DNA of 64,000 nucleotides, taken from IMG/VR virus record IMGVR_UViG_2808606498_000012. One strand, given 5' to 3'. The position numbers and the translations under genes were made by a program. The stretch is from an uncultured virus (IMG/VR IMGVR_UViG_2808606498_000012) (lineage: Duplodnaviria > Heunggongvirae > Uroviricota > Caudoviricetes). This document shows, in pieces, positions 28,193 through 39,683 of this stretch (its first letter is position 1; every line of letters starts with the position of its first letter). The notes beneath the pieces were generated by a model. It worked only from the letters and a program-made list of their open reading frames with translations. It was not told where the DNA came from and searched no databases.

Positions 28193-29671
28193 TCAAGCCG
28201 CCTTGACGGCTTCGGCGAACTGCATCAGGTAGCGGTCGGTGATGCGCTGGCGGAACGTGAGGTCTTCCAGCGGCGGGACGGGCGTGTAGTCGTAGTCGAT
28301 GGCGAGCTGGCCGGCCTTCAGCGTGTCCTTGGTGTTGGCTTCCGGGTCGAACCACGCGGCGCCGCCCAGCAGGTAGCCGTTGCGGGTCAGCATGCGCAGC
28401 TTGGCGTTGATGCCCTCCAGCAGATCGCGGACCAGCGTCGGCGTCATCGGCAGATCGTTTGCCCACATGTGGGCTTCCGCCATGGTGTCGGCCAGCACCT
28501 GGGCGGTGCGGGTGTAGTTCTCGNNNNNNNNNNNNNNNNNNNNNNNNNNNNNNNNNNNNNNNNNNNNNNNNNNNNNNNNNNNNNNNNNNNNNNNNNNNNN
28601 NNNNNNNNNNNNNNNNNNNNNNNGCCCACATGTGGGCTTCCGCCATGGTGTCGGCCAGCACCTGGGCGGTGCGGGTGTAGTTCTCGAAGGCGAACAGCGG
28701 ATCCGCGCTGCACGTGCGGGAGCCCCAGAAGCGGAAGCCGTCCCGGTGAACCAGCGTGGTCACCTCGTTGGCGTTCAGATAGCCCGCGTCGGTGGCCGGG
28801 TCCTGGNNNNNNNNNNNNNNNNNNNNNNNNNNNNNNNNNNNNNNNNNNNNNNNNNNNNNNNNNNNNNNNNNNNNNNNNNNNNNNNNNNNNNNNNNNNNNN
28901 NNNNNNGTTGGCGTTCAGATAGCCCGCGTCGGTGGCCGGGTCCTGGAGGTCCCAGAACACGTCGCGCGATAGGCCGGTCACGCCACCCACTGCCACGTTG
29001 GAAAGTGTCTTGTGCCAGCCGGTGTCGTTGTCGATCTTGGCGCGCAAGCCGACCGCGCGGGCCGTGGCCCACAGGGTGGTCTCGGCATTGGCGGCGGTAT
29101 CCCAGCCGACGAAATCCGGCCAGATCACCATCGCTTCGCGCTGGCCGAAGTTGCTGCGGTAGGCGACGGCCTCTTCCTTGGTCTGGCAGCCGTACGCCGA
29201 CAGGTATGCGAACGCGCGCAGCTTCTGCGCGATGGTGACCAGCTCGGTTCCGACTGGCAGGCTGTCGAGCCCCGGCACAGCCAGGATGCGCGGCGCGACG
29301 CCGAAGCGGTTGCGGGCGGCCAGCAACGCCTTCATGCCGGTGTAGCGGCCGGCCGCGTTGGTGGTGCCGATCAGGTTGGACGTGGTCTCGGCCTCGGACT
29401 CGCCACCGGCGACGCGCACCACGACCGTGAGCGGGTTGGTCTGGTCGGTGATGGCGTCGAGCGTGCGGGCGAGCGTGCCTTTGTCGCCGGCCTTGCCGAT
29501 GTAGGCCTGCGGGTTCGTCAGCAGGACGGGCGTGTCGAGCGGGAAGGCCGCCGCGTCGGCATCGTCAGCGGTGCAGACGATGCCGGCCACGGCGGTCTCG
29601 ATGGTGCGGATAGGTCGCGTGCCGTCGTTGAGTTCAACAACGCGCACGCCGTGGTGGTAGTCGGTTGGCAT
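28193..29671 (-). CDS. P2 tail sheath FI (gapped)
   Basis: [30 protein letters not shown]. Confidence 0.92.
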
Positions 29672-29747
29672 GCAGTCCTCCGGGATGGTCCGACGATGGA
29701 TCGTCCCGGCAGGATGCAGCGCACGCGCGAGGAAGTCGCGCGCTTGC

Positions 29748-29772
29748 TGTTGTGGCGGCGCGCGCTACAACA
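29748..29772. promoter_or_regulatory. Late-promoter activator box (pF equivalent)
   Basis: TGTTGT-N13-ACAACA upstream of FI. Confidence 0.72.
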
Positions 29773-30229
29773 AGACGTTGGCCGAGGCCTGCTGATTGAG
29801 TGGCGCGAGCATCCACAGGTGCTGCGGTGTCACGCGCCGCACACAGTCCGCGCGGAACAGCGGCTCGCCCGCCTGGTGGAATGACCAGGCCAGCAGCTCG
29901 CTACAGAACCACGCATCGTCCTGCTGCCAGTCGCGGTGCAGGCCGATGCCCAGCACGGCGGTGTAGTCGTAAGGCTTGCCGATCTGGCTGGCCGCCGCCG
30001 CGATGATCCGTGCCGGGTCGCGCGCCGGCATCGTCGCCAGCTCGTACCGGTCCGCGCGCTGAATGGCTTCGGCCAGCGGCACGCGGCGCACGCCATGGCC
30101 GGGCATGGATTCGATGACCTGGTCGCCGTCCACCATGGCGACATGGCTCCACGCCGACCAGGCACACGCGCGGATCGCCCAGCCCAGTGGGCCGTCGGTA
30201 GCGGTGAAAAGTAGCTGGACGCTGCTCAT
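29765..30229 (-). CDS. Permuted NlpC/P60 (YiiX/YaeF-like) papain-fold protein
   Basis: WSHVA (His) precedes GKPYD and WFCSEL (Cys). Confidence 0.85.
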   Translation of the reverse strand: MSSVQLLFTATDGPLGWAIRACAWSAWSHVAMVDGDQVIESMPGHGVRRVPLAEAIQRADRYELATMPARDPARIIAAAASQIGKPYDYTAVLGIGLHRDWQQDDAWFCSELLAWSFHQAGEPLFRADCVRRVTPQHLWMLAPLNQQASANVLL

Positions 30230-30351
30230 GCTTGTCCCCCGCTCATGCCCGNNNNNNNNNNNNNNNNNNNNNNNNNNNNNNNNNNNNNNNNNNNNNNNNN
30301 NNNNNNNNNNNNNNNNNNNNNNNNNNNNNNNNNNNNNNNNNNNNNNNNNNN

Positions 30352-31116
30352 GTTGGCGTTCAGATAGCCCGCGTCGGTGGCCGGGTCCTGGAGGTCCCAG
30401 AACACGTCGCGCGACAGGCCGGTCACGCCACCCACTGCCACGTTGGAAAGCGTCTTGTGCCAGCCGGTGTCGTTGTCGATCTTGGCGCGCAAGCCGACCG
30501 CGCGGGCCGTGGCCCACAGGGTGGTCTCGGCATTGGCGGCGGTATCCCAGCCGACGAAATCCGGCCACATCACCATCGCTTCGCGCTGGCCGAAGTTACT
30601 GCGATAGGCGACGGCCTCTTCCTTAGTCTGGCAGCCGTACGTCGACAGGTAGGCGAAGGCGCGCAGCTTCTGCGCGATGGTGACCAGCTCGGTCCCGACT
30701 GGCAGGCTGTCGAGCCCCGGCACAGCCAGGATGCGCGGCGCGACGCCAAAACGGTTGCGGGCGGCCAGCAACGCCTTCATGCCGGTGTACCGGCCGGCCG
30801 CGTTGGTGGTGCCGATCAGGTTGGACGTGGTCTCTGCCTCGGACGCACCACCGGCGACGCGCACCACGACCGTGAGCGGGTTCGTCTGGTCGGTGATGGC
30901 GTCGAGCGTGCGGGCAAGCGTGCCTTTGTCGCCGGCCTTGCCGATGTAGGCCTGCGGGTTGGTCAGCAGGACGGGGGTATCGAGCGGGAAGGTGGCCACG
31001 TCGGCATCGTCGGCGGTGCAGACGATGCCGGCCACGGCGGTCTCGATGGTGCGAATGGGGCGCGTGCCGTCGTTGAGTTCAACGACGCGCACGCCGTGGT
31101 GGTAATCGGTTGGCAT
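30352..31116 (-). CDS. P2 tail sheath FI, N-terminal part (other copy)
   Basis: Near-identical to 28907-29671. Confidence 0.92.
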
Positions 31117-31273
31117 GCAGTCCTCCAGGAGTGTCCGTAGGGGTACACAGACGTCCAGGCAGGATGCTGCGCACGCGCGNNNNNNNNNNNNNNNNNNNNN
31201 NNNNNNNNNNCCGTAGGGGTACACAGACGTCCAGGCAGGATGCTGCGCACGCGCGTGAATGTCGCGCGCGTGC

Positions 31274-31298
31274 TGTTGTGGCGGCGCGCGCTACAACA
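31274..31298. promoter_or_regulatory. Late-promoter activator box (pF equivalent, other copy)
   Basis: TGTTGT-N13-ACAACA. Confidence 0.72.
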
Positions 31299-31755
31299 AG
31301 ACGTTGGCCGAGGCCTGCTGATTGAGCGGTGCGAGCATCCACAGGTGTTGCGGTGTCACACGCCGCACGCAGTCCGCGCGGAACAGCGGCTCGCCCGCCT
31401 GGTGGAATGACCAGGCCAGCAGTTCGCTACAGAACCACGCATCGGCCTGCTGCCAGTCGCGGTGCAGGCCGATGCCGAGCACGGCGGTGTAGTCGTAGGG
31501 CTTCCCGATTTGGCCGGCCGCCGCCTCGATGATCCGCGCCGGGTCGCGCGCCGGCATCGTCGCCAGCTCGTACCGGTCCGCTTGCTGGATGGCCTCGGCC
31601 AGCGGCACGCGGCGCACGCCATGGCCGGGCATGGATTCGATGACCTGGTCGCCGTCCACCATGGCGACATGGCTCCACGCCGACCAGGCACACGCGCGGA
31701 TCGCCCAGCCCAGGGGGCCGTCGGTAGCGGTGAAAAGTAGCTGGACGCTGCTCAT
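31291..31755 (-). CDS. Permuted NlpC/P60 protein (other copy)
   Basis: Near-identical to 29765-30229. Confidence 0.85.
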   Translation of the reverse strand: MSSVQLLFTATDGPLGWAIRACAWSAWSHVAMVDGDQVIESMPGHGVRRVPLAEAIQQADRYELATMPARDPARIIEAAAGQIGKPYDYTAVLGIGLHRDWQQADAWFCSELLAWSFHQAGEPLFRADCVRRVTPQHLWMLAPLNQQASANVLL

Positions 31756-32174
31756 GCTTGTCCCCCGCTCATGCCCGNNNNNNNNNNNNNNNNNNNNNNN
31801 NNNNNNNNNNNNNNNNNNNNNNNNNNNNNNNNNNNNNNNNNNNNNNNNNNNNNNNNNNNNNNNNNNNNNNNNNNNNNGCTGGGCCGCGTGGTTTCGGTGG
31901 CGTTCACGTCCGCCGGCGTCGTGCCGATGTCGGCGATGGTGACGGCGGAGCCATCCGCCTTGGAGAACAGGTCGACGCCGCGCCAGTCGGCCGAGACGCT
32001 CCAGCTGCCGTCGCGGAAGACGGCCATCTCGTGCGGGCCAGCAGCGGGCGGCGCCTGGTCGGTGGCGTGGGCGGGGATGAGCACGACGCCCGGTTCGAGC
32101 GGCGAGTGGTCCGCCGGCGAGCTGCCCGCGTATTCGCCGGTGGTGGGGTGGTAGTGGTAGACGGTGTCGGTCAT
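31752..32174 (-). CDS. Tail fibre assembly chaperone (gapped)
   Basis: VYHYHPTTGEY..SPLEPGVVLIPAHAT..DWRG, directly after fibre. Confidence 0.85.
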   Translation of the reverse strand: MTDTVYHYHPTTGEYAGSSPADHSPLEPGVVLIPAHATDQAPPAAGPHEMAVFRDGSWSVSADWRGVDLFSKADGSAVTIADIGTTPADVNATETTRPSXXXXXXXXXXXXXXXXXXXXXXXXXXXXXXXXXXGMSGGQA

Positions 32175-32186
32175 GGCGTCGATCGG

Positions 32187-33141
32187 TCAGTACTTGATGC
32201 AGGGGAGGAACGCGACGTTGCGCGGGCGGGCCATGTTGATGAACCCCTTGTTGTTGGCATCAACGAAGGTTGCGGCCGAGGAGTCGTACATCGTGAGCGG
32301 GAAGGCGCCGACCCAAGGGTCGGCGATGTTCGACCAGGCCACGTTGGTGCCGTCGCCCAGCGCCGTGATGTTGAAACTGGCGATGCCGCCCACGTCGTCA
32401 TGCACGACCGGGGAGCCGGACTGCCACGTGCCGATTCCGCGGCCGCTATCCACGCCGCGCCCGTCATCCCAGCCGCGCAGGAATTCGCCGCGCAGGTCCG
32501 GGAGGTTGAACGTGGCGGCGCCGTCGCCCGCGCCGAACGTGGTGCCAATCTCGGCATACAGCGCCGCGTAGGTCGTACGATTGACCGCCGCGCCGTTGGC
32601 CTTGAGCCATCCGTTCGGGGCGGTGGAGCGCGCGAAGTACCCGATCAGCCCCGCCTGGCCCACCAGCTGCCGCCAGGCGGTCCACGTGCCGCTGCTGGCG
32701 CGGTAGCGCGTGAACACTTCGTTGTCCGACGAGTGGACGAGCTGGAAAACCATCGTCGCACTCTCCCGCCACACCTTGAGCACGCCGTGGCCGCTCGGCG
32801 CGTTGGCGTTGTCACTGGTGTAGTAGTACTCCCCCGGCGCCACCAGGGCGTTCAGGTCGCCCACTGCCTTGTTGCTGGTCGCCAGGTCGGCGCCGATGCC
32901 GGCGGCCAGCCCCTGCGCGGCCGTGACGGCATCCGTGATGCCATACCCAGAGAGCGTGGTGGGATTGGTGCCGCCGGTGACCTGGCCGCGGCTGTTCACG
33001 GTGACGCTGCGATACGTGCCGGCCGCCACGCCCGTCTTGCCGCTCACCAGCTCGAAGGCGAGCGCCGTGGTGCCAATCGTGATCGGCGCGTCGGTGGCGA
33101 GCTGCCACAGAGAATCGCCGTTGGCCGCCCCCGCCTCGACT
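32187..33141 (-). CDS. Tail fibre H, C-terminal part
   Basis: Collar domain PNGWLKANGAAV.RTTYAALY..FNLPDLRGEFLRGWDDGRGVD; ends RPRNVAFLPCIKY. Confidence 0.9.
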
Positions 33142-33241
33142 NNNNNNNNNNNNNNNNNNNNNNNNNNNNNNNNNNNNNNNNNNNNNNNNNNNNNNNNNNN
33201 NNNNNNNNNNNNNNNNNNNNNNNNNNNNNNNNNNNNNNNNN

Positions 33242-33365
33242 GCGCCTCGTCGGTGGCGTGGGCTGGGATGAGCACGACGCCCGGTTCGAGCGGCGAGTGG
33301 TCCGCCGGCGAGCGGCCTGCGTATTCGCCGGTGGTGGGGTCGTAGTGGTAGACGGTGTCGGTCAT
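33242..33365 (-). CDS. Tail fibre assembly chaperone, 5' part (other copy)
   Basis: MTDTVYHYDPTTGEY. Confidence 0.8.
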
Positions 33366-33377
33366 GGCGTCGATCGG

Positions 33378-35042
33378 TCAGTACTTGATGCAGGGGAGAA
33401 ACGCGACGTTGCGCGGGCGGGCCATGTTGACGAAACCCTTGTTGTTGGCGTCAACAAAGGTTGCGGCTGACGAGTCGTACATCGTCAGCGGGAAGGCGCC
33501 GACCCAGGGGTCGGCGATGTTCGACCAGGCCACGTTGGTGCCGTCGCCCAGCGCCGTCATGTTGAAATTGGCGATGCCGCCCACGTCGTCATGCACGACC
33601 GGGGACCCGGACTGCCACGTGCCGAAGCCCCGGCCGGTATCCACGCCGCGACCGTCATCCCAGCCGCGCAGGAATTCGCCGCGCAGATCGGGCAGGTTGA
33701 ACGTGGCGGCGCCATCGCCCGCGCCGAATGTGGCGCCAATCTCGGCATACAGCGCCGCGTAGGTCGTACGACTGACCGCCGCGCCGTTGGCCTTGAGCCA
33801 TCCGTTCGGGGCGGTGGAGCGCGCGAAATACCCGATCAGCCCCGCCTGGCCCACCAGCTGCCGCCAGGCGGTCCACGTGCCGCTGCTGGCGCGGTAGCGC
33901 GTGAACACTTCGTTGTCCGACGAGTGGACGAGCTGAAAAACCATCGTCGCACTCTCCCGCCACACCTTGAGCACGCCGTGGCCGCTCGGCGCGTTGGCGT
34001 TGTCGCTGGTGTAGTAGTACTCCCCCGGCGCCACCAGGGCGTTCAGGTCGCCCGCAGCCTTGTTGCTGGTCGCCAGGTCGGCGCCGATGCCGGCGGCCAG
34101 CCCCTGCGCGGCCGTGACGGCATCCGTAATGCCGTAGCCGGCAAGCGTGGTCGGATTGGTGCCGCCCGTCACCTGGCCGCGGCTGTTCACGGTGACGCTG
34201 CGATACGTGCCGGCCGCCACGCCCGTCTTGCCGCCCACCAGCTCGAACGCAAGCGCGGTGGTGCCGATCGTGATCGCGCCGTTGGTGGCGAGCTGCCACA
34301 GTGAATCGCCGTTGGCCGCGCCGTCCTCCACCGGGATCAGCATTCCCGGGGTCACCTCCAGGGCCTGGTCAGCGTCCGCGGCCCGCGTCCAAGCGGCGGC
34401 GGCCACCACGTAGATGCCATTCTCCGCCGGCGCGGCGGCCTGGTCCTTCACCAGCACGCGATCGCCGGCCGCCAGCACGACCCCGTCGATCGTCTGCAGG
34501 CCGTACTTCGCAATCGCCGCGGTGGTCGCCACCCGCACCGACTGCTTGCCGTCCAGCTTGTTCAGCTCGGTCGCGACCTTGTCGTCCACGTATTGGCGCG
34601 TCGCCAGCACGATCGCCGGATCGATCTTCAGCTCGACAGCGGCGCCCGAGGCCGACAGCACGACCATGCGCACAACCTGCGTGCGGCCGGAGCCTTCGGC
34701 CATCTGTGGCTTGTACGTCTCGGGGCAATTACCGTAGTAGGCGAGCGTGCCGTCCGCGTCGATGAGGCCCAGCTCACGAACCCACCAGCCACCCACGGTC
34801 TCGGGGATCACCAGCTCGGCCACGAACTGCCCGGGGTTGACCTGATCCTGCCAGATCGCGTTGATCTGCGCGCGGTAGCACTCGTTGACCAAGGCGGTGC
34901 GGGCGCGGTCGGGCGTGGGCAGCGCGCCGCCACCGTCGCCCACGGCGATGTGGGTGTATTTGCGCGCCTGGCCAAGCGCCTTGGCGTTGGCGTCGCGGGC
35001 CTCGCCGGCGGCGGTCGGCACGATGAAGAAGGTCTGGGGCAT
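33378..35042 (-). CDS. Tail fibre H, complete (554 aa)
   Basis: P2 H N-terminus (IAVGDGGG..GGWWVRELGL..CPETYKP..GSGRTQ) plus collar domain. Confidence 0.93.
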   Translation of the reverse strand: MPQTFFIVPTAAGEARDANAKALGQARKYTHIAVGDGGGALPTPDRARTALVNECYRAQINAIWQDQVNPGQFVAELVIPETVGGWWVRELGLIDADGTLAYYGNCPETYKPQMAEGSGRTQVVRMVVLSASGAAVELKIDPAIVLATRQYVDDKVATELNKLDGKQSVRVATTAAIAKYGLQTIDGVVLAAGDRVLVKDQAAAPAENGIYVVAAAAWTRAADADQALEVTPGMLIPVEDGAANGDSLWQLATNGAITIGTTALAFELVGGKTGVAAGTYRSVTVNSRGQVTGGTNPTTLAGYGITDAVTAAQGLAAGIGADLATSNKAAGDLNALVAPGEYYYTSDNANAPSGHGVLKVWRESATMVFQLVHSSDNEVFTRYRASSGTWTAWRQLVGQAGLIGYFARSTAPNGWLKANGAAVSRTTYAALYAEIGATFGAGDGAATFNLPDLRGEFLRGWDDGRGVDTGRGFGTWQSGSPVVHDDVGGIANFNMTALGDGTNVAWSNIADPWVGAFPLTMYDSSAATFVDANNKGFVNMARPRNVAFLPCIKY

Positions 35043-35221
35043 GGCGTTATTGAGTGACGGTCAGGGTGTCGATGGCGTGGGAAGCGGCCGAGACAGCCGC
35101 GGTGCCGCTCACGACGATGTCNNNNNNNNNNNNNNNNNNNNNNNNNNNNNNNNNNNNNNNNNNNNNNNNNNNNNNNNNNNNNNNNNNNNNNNNNNNNNNN
35201 NNNNNNNNNNNNNNNNNNNNN

Positions 35222-35896
35222 GTCTGCATCGGCCGCGCGCGCCCAGGCGCCGGCCGCCGCAACGTAGATGCCGTTGTCCTTGCCCGCGTTCTGGTCCTTG
35301 ACCAGCACCCGGTCGCCGGCGGCAAGCGTCACGCCGTCGATGGTCAGCAGTCCGGAGAACGCGGCCAGGTTCGCGGTGGTGGCAACGCGCACCGATGGCT
35401 TGCCGTCCAACTTCGCCAGCTCGGCGGCGATGGTCGTGTCGACGTACTGCCGCGTCGCCAGCACGATCGCCGGATCGATCTTCAGCTCGACGGCCGCGCC
35501 CGAGGCCGACAGCACGACCATGCGCACAACCTGCGTGCGGCCGGAGCCTTCGGCCATCTGCGGCTTGTACGTCTCGGGGCAGTTGCCGTAGTAAGCAAGC
35601 GTGCCGTCCGCGTCGATGAGGCCCAGCTCACGAACCCACCAGCCACCCACGGTCTCGGGGATCACCAGCTCGGCAATGAACTGGCCGGGGTTGGCTTGAT
35701 CCTGCCATAGCGCGTTGATCTGCGCGCGGTAGCACTCATTGACCAGGGCGGTGCGGGCGCGGTCGGGCGTGGGCAGCACGCCACCGCCGTCGCCCACGGC
35801 GATGTGCGTGTACTTACGCGCCTGGCCGAGTGCCTTGGCGTTGGCGTCCTTGGCCTCGCCGGCGGCGGTCGGCACGATAAAGAAGGTCTGGGGCAT
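35222..35896 (-). CDS. Tail fibre H, N-terminal part (other copy)
   Basis: Paralogue of the 33378-35042 N-terminus. Confidence 0.9.
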
Positions 35897-35900
35897 GGCG

Positions 35901-36571
35901 TTATTGAGTGATGGTCAGGGTGTCGATGGCGTGGGAAGCGGCCGAGACAGCCGCGGTGCCGCTCACGACGATGTCNNNNNNNNNNNNNNNNNNNNNNNNN
36001 NNNNNNNNNNNNNNNNNNNNNNNNNNNNNNNNNNNNNNNNNNNNNNNNNNNNNNNNNNNNNNNNNNNNNNNNNNNCGCGGTGCCGCTCACGACGATGTCG
36101 GGCGGCTCGTAGGGGTAGACGGTCAGCACGTCGCCCAGATAGGCGGCGGCACTGGTGTGCTGGGTGCCACGCACCTCCAGGCTGATTTGCAGGCCGAGCA
36201 TCGGCCGTGAACACGGCTTAGCGTCGTCAATGAGGCGTTCCAGCTCGGCATACATGGCCTCGTTGATGCCGGTTTGCAGCACGCCCACATCGAGCCGTAA
36301 CGACCCGCGCGGCCCGGGCGGATTGGTCTGCCACCACTCGATGACGCGAATCAGGTAGCCCAGCGGCTCCACCGCGCGGCGAAGCGCGCCGATCGTGCCC
36401 TTCTTGCGATGCACGAAGTAGGAGGCGGCCGTCACGGCGCGCTTGGCGGCGAGCGGCCAAGCCGGGTTCCAGCGGTCCACGGAAAACGACCAGGCCAGGA
36501 AGGGCAACAGCTCGCCCGGACAGGTGGCCGGGTTCCACAGGTCGCGCAGCGGCACCGGCACGCGCTCGATG
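35901..36571 (-). CDS. P2 tail protein I (gapped, partial)
   Basis: LWNPATCP.ELLPFLAWSFSVDRW..HRKKGTIGALRRAVEPLG. Confidence 0.9.
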
Positions 36572-36671
36572 NNNNNNNNNNNNNNNNNNNNNNNNNNNNN
36601 NNNNNNNNNNNNNNNNNNNNNNNNNNNNNNNNNNNNNNNNNNNNNNNNNNNNNNNNNNNNNNNNNNNNNNN

Positions 36672-37347
36672 CGCGGTGCCGCTCACGACGATGTCGGGCG
36701 GCTCGTAGGGGTAGACGGTCAGCACGTCGCCCAGGTAGGCGGCGGCGCTGGTGGCCTGTGTGCCGCGCACCTCCAGGCTGATTTGCAGGCCGAGCATCGG
36801 CCGGGAACACGGCTTGGCGTCGTCAATGAGGCGTTCCAGCTCGGCGTACATGGCCTCGTCGATGCCGGTTTGCAGCACGCCCACATCGAGCCGGAACGAC
36901 CCGCGCGGCCCGGGCGGATTGGTCTGCCACCACTCGATGACGCGAATCAGGTAGCCCAGCGGCTCCACCGCGCGGCGAAGCGCGCCGATCGTGCCTTTCT
37001 TGCGATGCACGAAGTAGGAGGCAGCCGTCACGGCGCGCTTGGTGGCGAGCGGCCAGGCCGGATTCCAGCGGTCCACGGAAAACGACCAGGCCAGGAAGGG
37101 CAACAGCTCGGCCGGGCAGGTGGCCGGGTTCCACAGGTCGCGCAGCGGCACCGGCACGCGCTCGATGCGCGCACCCGCCTGGGCNNNNNNNNNNNNNNNN
37201 NNNNNNNNNNNNNNNNNNNNNNNNNNNNNNNNNNNNNNNNNNNNNNNNNNNNNNNNNNNNNNNNNNNNNNNNNNNNNNNNNNNNCGCCTGGGCGGCGCGG
37301 CGCTCCAGCGGCGTCGCGTTCGGCGGCAACAGGGTTGCGCTACTCAC
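36672..37347 (-). CDS. P2 tail protein I (other copy, gapped)
   Basis: MSSATLLPPNATPLER; same motifs. Confidence 0.9.
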
Positions 37348-38245
37348 TGGCGCCCCCGTTGACGATATCCACGCCGGTGCAGTAGCCCGCCTGCGTCAGA
37401 TCGAGCGCGATGTCTTCGGCCGGTTCGTGCAGCACCAGCTTTTCCACGCCCTCCACATGTAGTGCCGCCGTGATCGCCGNNNNNNNNNNNNNNNNNNNNN
37501 NNNNNNNNNNNNNNNNNNNNNNNNNNNNNCGCTTGCCCGCCGCGTCCAGGATCGGCTCGGCCGCCGGTCCCGATGCCAGGTACAGCGTGGCACGGATGCG
37601 GTACGGGACGATGGTGGCGGATTGCACCGTCAGGCGGTCGCCGAGCGGCCGGGTATCGTCATCGCTCAACGCGGTGCGTACAGTCGCCAACAGGCTTTCG
37701 TCGGCGGTGCCGTCGCCCAGGTGCGACNNNNNNNNNNNNNNNNNNNNNNNNNNNNNNNGGCTGATCGCGCGCGCGTCCGCCACCCGGCCGTCAGCCGAGC
37801 GCGCGAAGAACTCGTAGGCCTTGGTCGGGCCGGCCACGGACAGCCCTTCAAACGCTTCCTGTGCGCGCTCGCGCAGTGAGTCGTCGCCCTCCATCACGGC
37901 GGGCGTCGGCGGCACGGTGGTGTCGTCGGCCGGCGTGATGGTCAGACGCCGTACGTTGAAGTTCGCCGCGATCTGCTCCAGGTCTTCCCCCTCAGCGAAG
38001 GCCAGCATGACCCCGCGCGCCGCGTCGTTCACGCGCTGGCGCCACACCAGTTCGCGGTAGGCGTTCTCCTGCAAGAGCTTGGTGATCGGCTCGGATTCCA
38101 GCTCCAGCGTGGCGCGCGCGGCGTCCCGCTGGTCGGCTGGGTGCAGCGACACAAAGTAGTCTTTCCGCTCGGCCAGGATGGCTTCGTAGTCGAGCGTTTC
38201 GACCACGGCCGGCGCCGGCAACTGCGACAGGTCGATGGTGGCCAT
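37340..38245 (-). CDS. P2 baseplate J (two short gaps)
   Basis: MATIDLSQLPAPAVVETLDYEAILAERK..FEGLSVAGP. Confidence 0.93.
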   Translation of the reverse strand: MATIDLSQLPAPAVVETLDYEAILAERKDYFVSLHPADQRDAARATLELESEPITKLLQENAYRELVWRQRVNDAARGVMLAFAEGEDLEQIAANFNVRRLTITPADDTTVPPTPAVMEGDDSLRERAQEAFEGLSVAGPTKAYEFFARSADGRVADARAISXXXXXXXXXXXSHLGDGTADESLLATVRTALSDDDTRPLGDRLTVQSATIVPYRIRATLYLASGPAAEPILDAAGKXXXXXXXXXXXXXXXXXXAITAALHVEGVEKLVLHEPAEDIALDLTQAGYCTGVDIVNGGASE

Positions 38246-38247
38246 GG

Positions 38248-38595
38248 TCAGCTCCGGAGGGACACGGACAGCGTGCCTGCCGCTTCACGGCGCGGGCCGT
38301 CCACGCGGTCGGCCTCGATGTCGATCACGGGCTTGCCGTCCGCATCGATCCAGAACCGCACCGAGGCAATGCGGATGCGCGGCTCCCAGCGCACCAGCGC
38401 CGACACGGCGGCGGACATGGTGCGCAGGCGGGTTGCCGGGTTCAGCGGCTGGTCGATCAGCTCGGGGACCTCGCTGCCGTAGTCGCGCCGCATCACCCGC
38501 GAGCCGATCGGCGTGGAGAGGATGTCGCGCATCGACTGCGCCACGTGCGGCAGGTCGGAAAGCGCTCGGCCGGTGGCGTTGTTCATGCCGGTCAC
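38248..38595 (-). CDS. P2 baseplate W (gp25-like)
   Basis: DILSTPIGSRVMRRDYGS..RWEPRI. Confidence 0.93.
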   Translation of the reverse strand: MTGMNNATGRALSDLPHVAQSMRDILSTPIGSRVMRRDYGSEVPELIDQPLNPATRLRTMSAAVSALVRWEPRIRIASVRFWIDADGKPVIDIEADRVDGPRREAAGTLSVSLRS

Positions 38596-39107
38596 CGCGT
38601 GCCCTCCGTCCAGTCGCCGCCGCGCTGCACGCCGCCGTGGTCGTGCTTGTCCAGGACTACGCCGTTGGACGAAAGCTGGCCGCCCTCGTGCGTCAGGCTG
38701 CCGGTGATCTTGTTGCCGTGCTCCCCGCCCTGGCCGGCGATGCCGTTCTCATACGCGAACCGGCCTTTGACCGTCACGTCGCCGTCGAAAACGGTGTTCG
38801 GCGCCTTCACCAGCACGTTCGCGGCGGCCTCCAGGAACACCGTCTTGACGCCCTGCACGCTCAGCAGGCCGGCGGCGTGGTCGTAGCTGGTGAGCGCGCC
38901 ATCCGGATAGAGCGTGACTGTCCGGTTGGGGTCGTTGCTCGGGACATCGTTGTCGGCGGTCGGGATGCCGCACAGGATGACGGCGTTGGCCGTGTCGCCG
39001 CTGGGGCAGAACAGCAGCACCTGCTCGCCCACGGTCGGGGGGTTCCAGGTGCGCGTCCGGCCGGCGCGGCGCTCGGCCCACGGGCGCCAGGTGGTGGTGA
39101 GGCCACC
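38592..39107 (-). CDS. P2 baseplate spike V, partial
   Basis: RAGRTRTWNPPTVGEQV..HDHGGVQRGG. Confidence 0.9.
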   Translation of the reverse strand, partial: GGLTTTWRPWAERRAGRTRTWNPPTVGEQVLLFCPSGDTANAVILCGIPTADNDVPSNDPNRTVTLYPDGALTSYDHAAGLLSVQGVKTVFLEAAANVLVKAPNTVFDGDVTVKGRFAYENGIAGQGGEHGNKITGSLTHEGGQLSSNGVVLDKHDHGGVQRGGDWTEGTR

Positions 39108-39207
39108 NNNNNNNNNNNNNNNNNNNNNNNNNNNNNNNNNNNNNNNNNNNNNNNNNNNNNNNNNNNNNNNNNNNNNNNNNNNNNNNNNNNNNNNNNNNNN
39201 NNNNNNN

Positions 39208-39681
39208 CGCGTCCGCCACCCGGCCGTCGGCCGAGCGCGCGAACTGCTCGTAGGCCTTGGTCGGGCCGGCCACGGACAGCCCTTCAAACGCTTCTTGTGC
39301 GCGCTCGCGCAGCGAGTCGTCGCCCTCCATTACGGCGGGCGTCGGCGGCACAGTGGTGTCGTCGGCCGGTGTGATGGTCAGACGCTGTACGTTGAAGTTC
39401 GCCGCGATCTGCTCCAGGTCCTCCCCTTCTGCGAAGGCCAGCATGACCCCGCGCGCCGCGTCGTTCACACGCTGGCGCCACACCAGCTCGCGGTAGGCGT
39501 TCTCCTGCAAGAGCTTGGTGATCGGCTCGGATTCCAGCTCCAGCGTGGCGCGCACGGCGTCCCGCTGGTCGGCTGGGTGCAGCGACACAAAATAGTCTTC
39601 CCGCTCGGCCAGGATGGCTTCGTAGTCGAGTGTTTCGACCACGGCCGGCGCCGGCAGCTGCGACAGGTCGATGGTGGCCAT
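39208..39681 (-). CDS. P2 baseplate J, 5' part (other copy)
   Basis: Near-identical to the 38245 start. Confidence 0.9.
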
Positions 39682-39683
39682 GG

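Noticed and set aside
31117..31260. Direct repeat upstream of the sheath gene
   Set aside because: Duplicated contig ends either side of a 31-N gap
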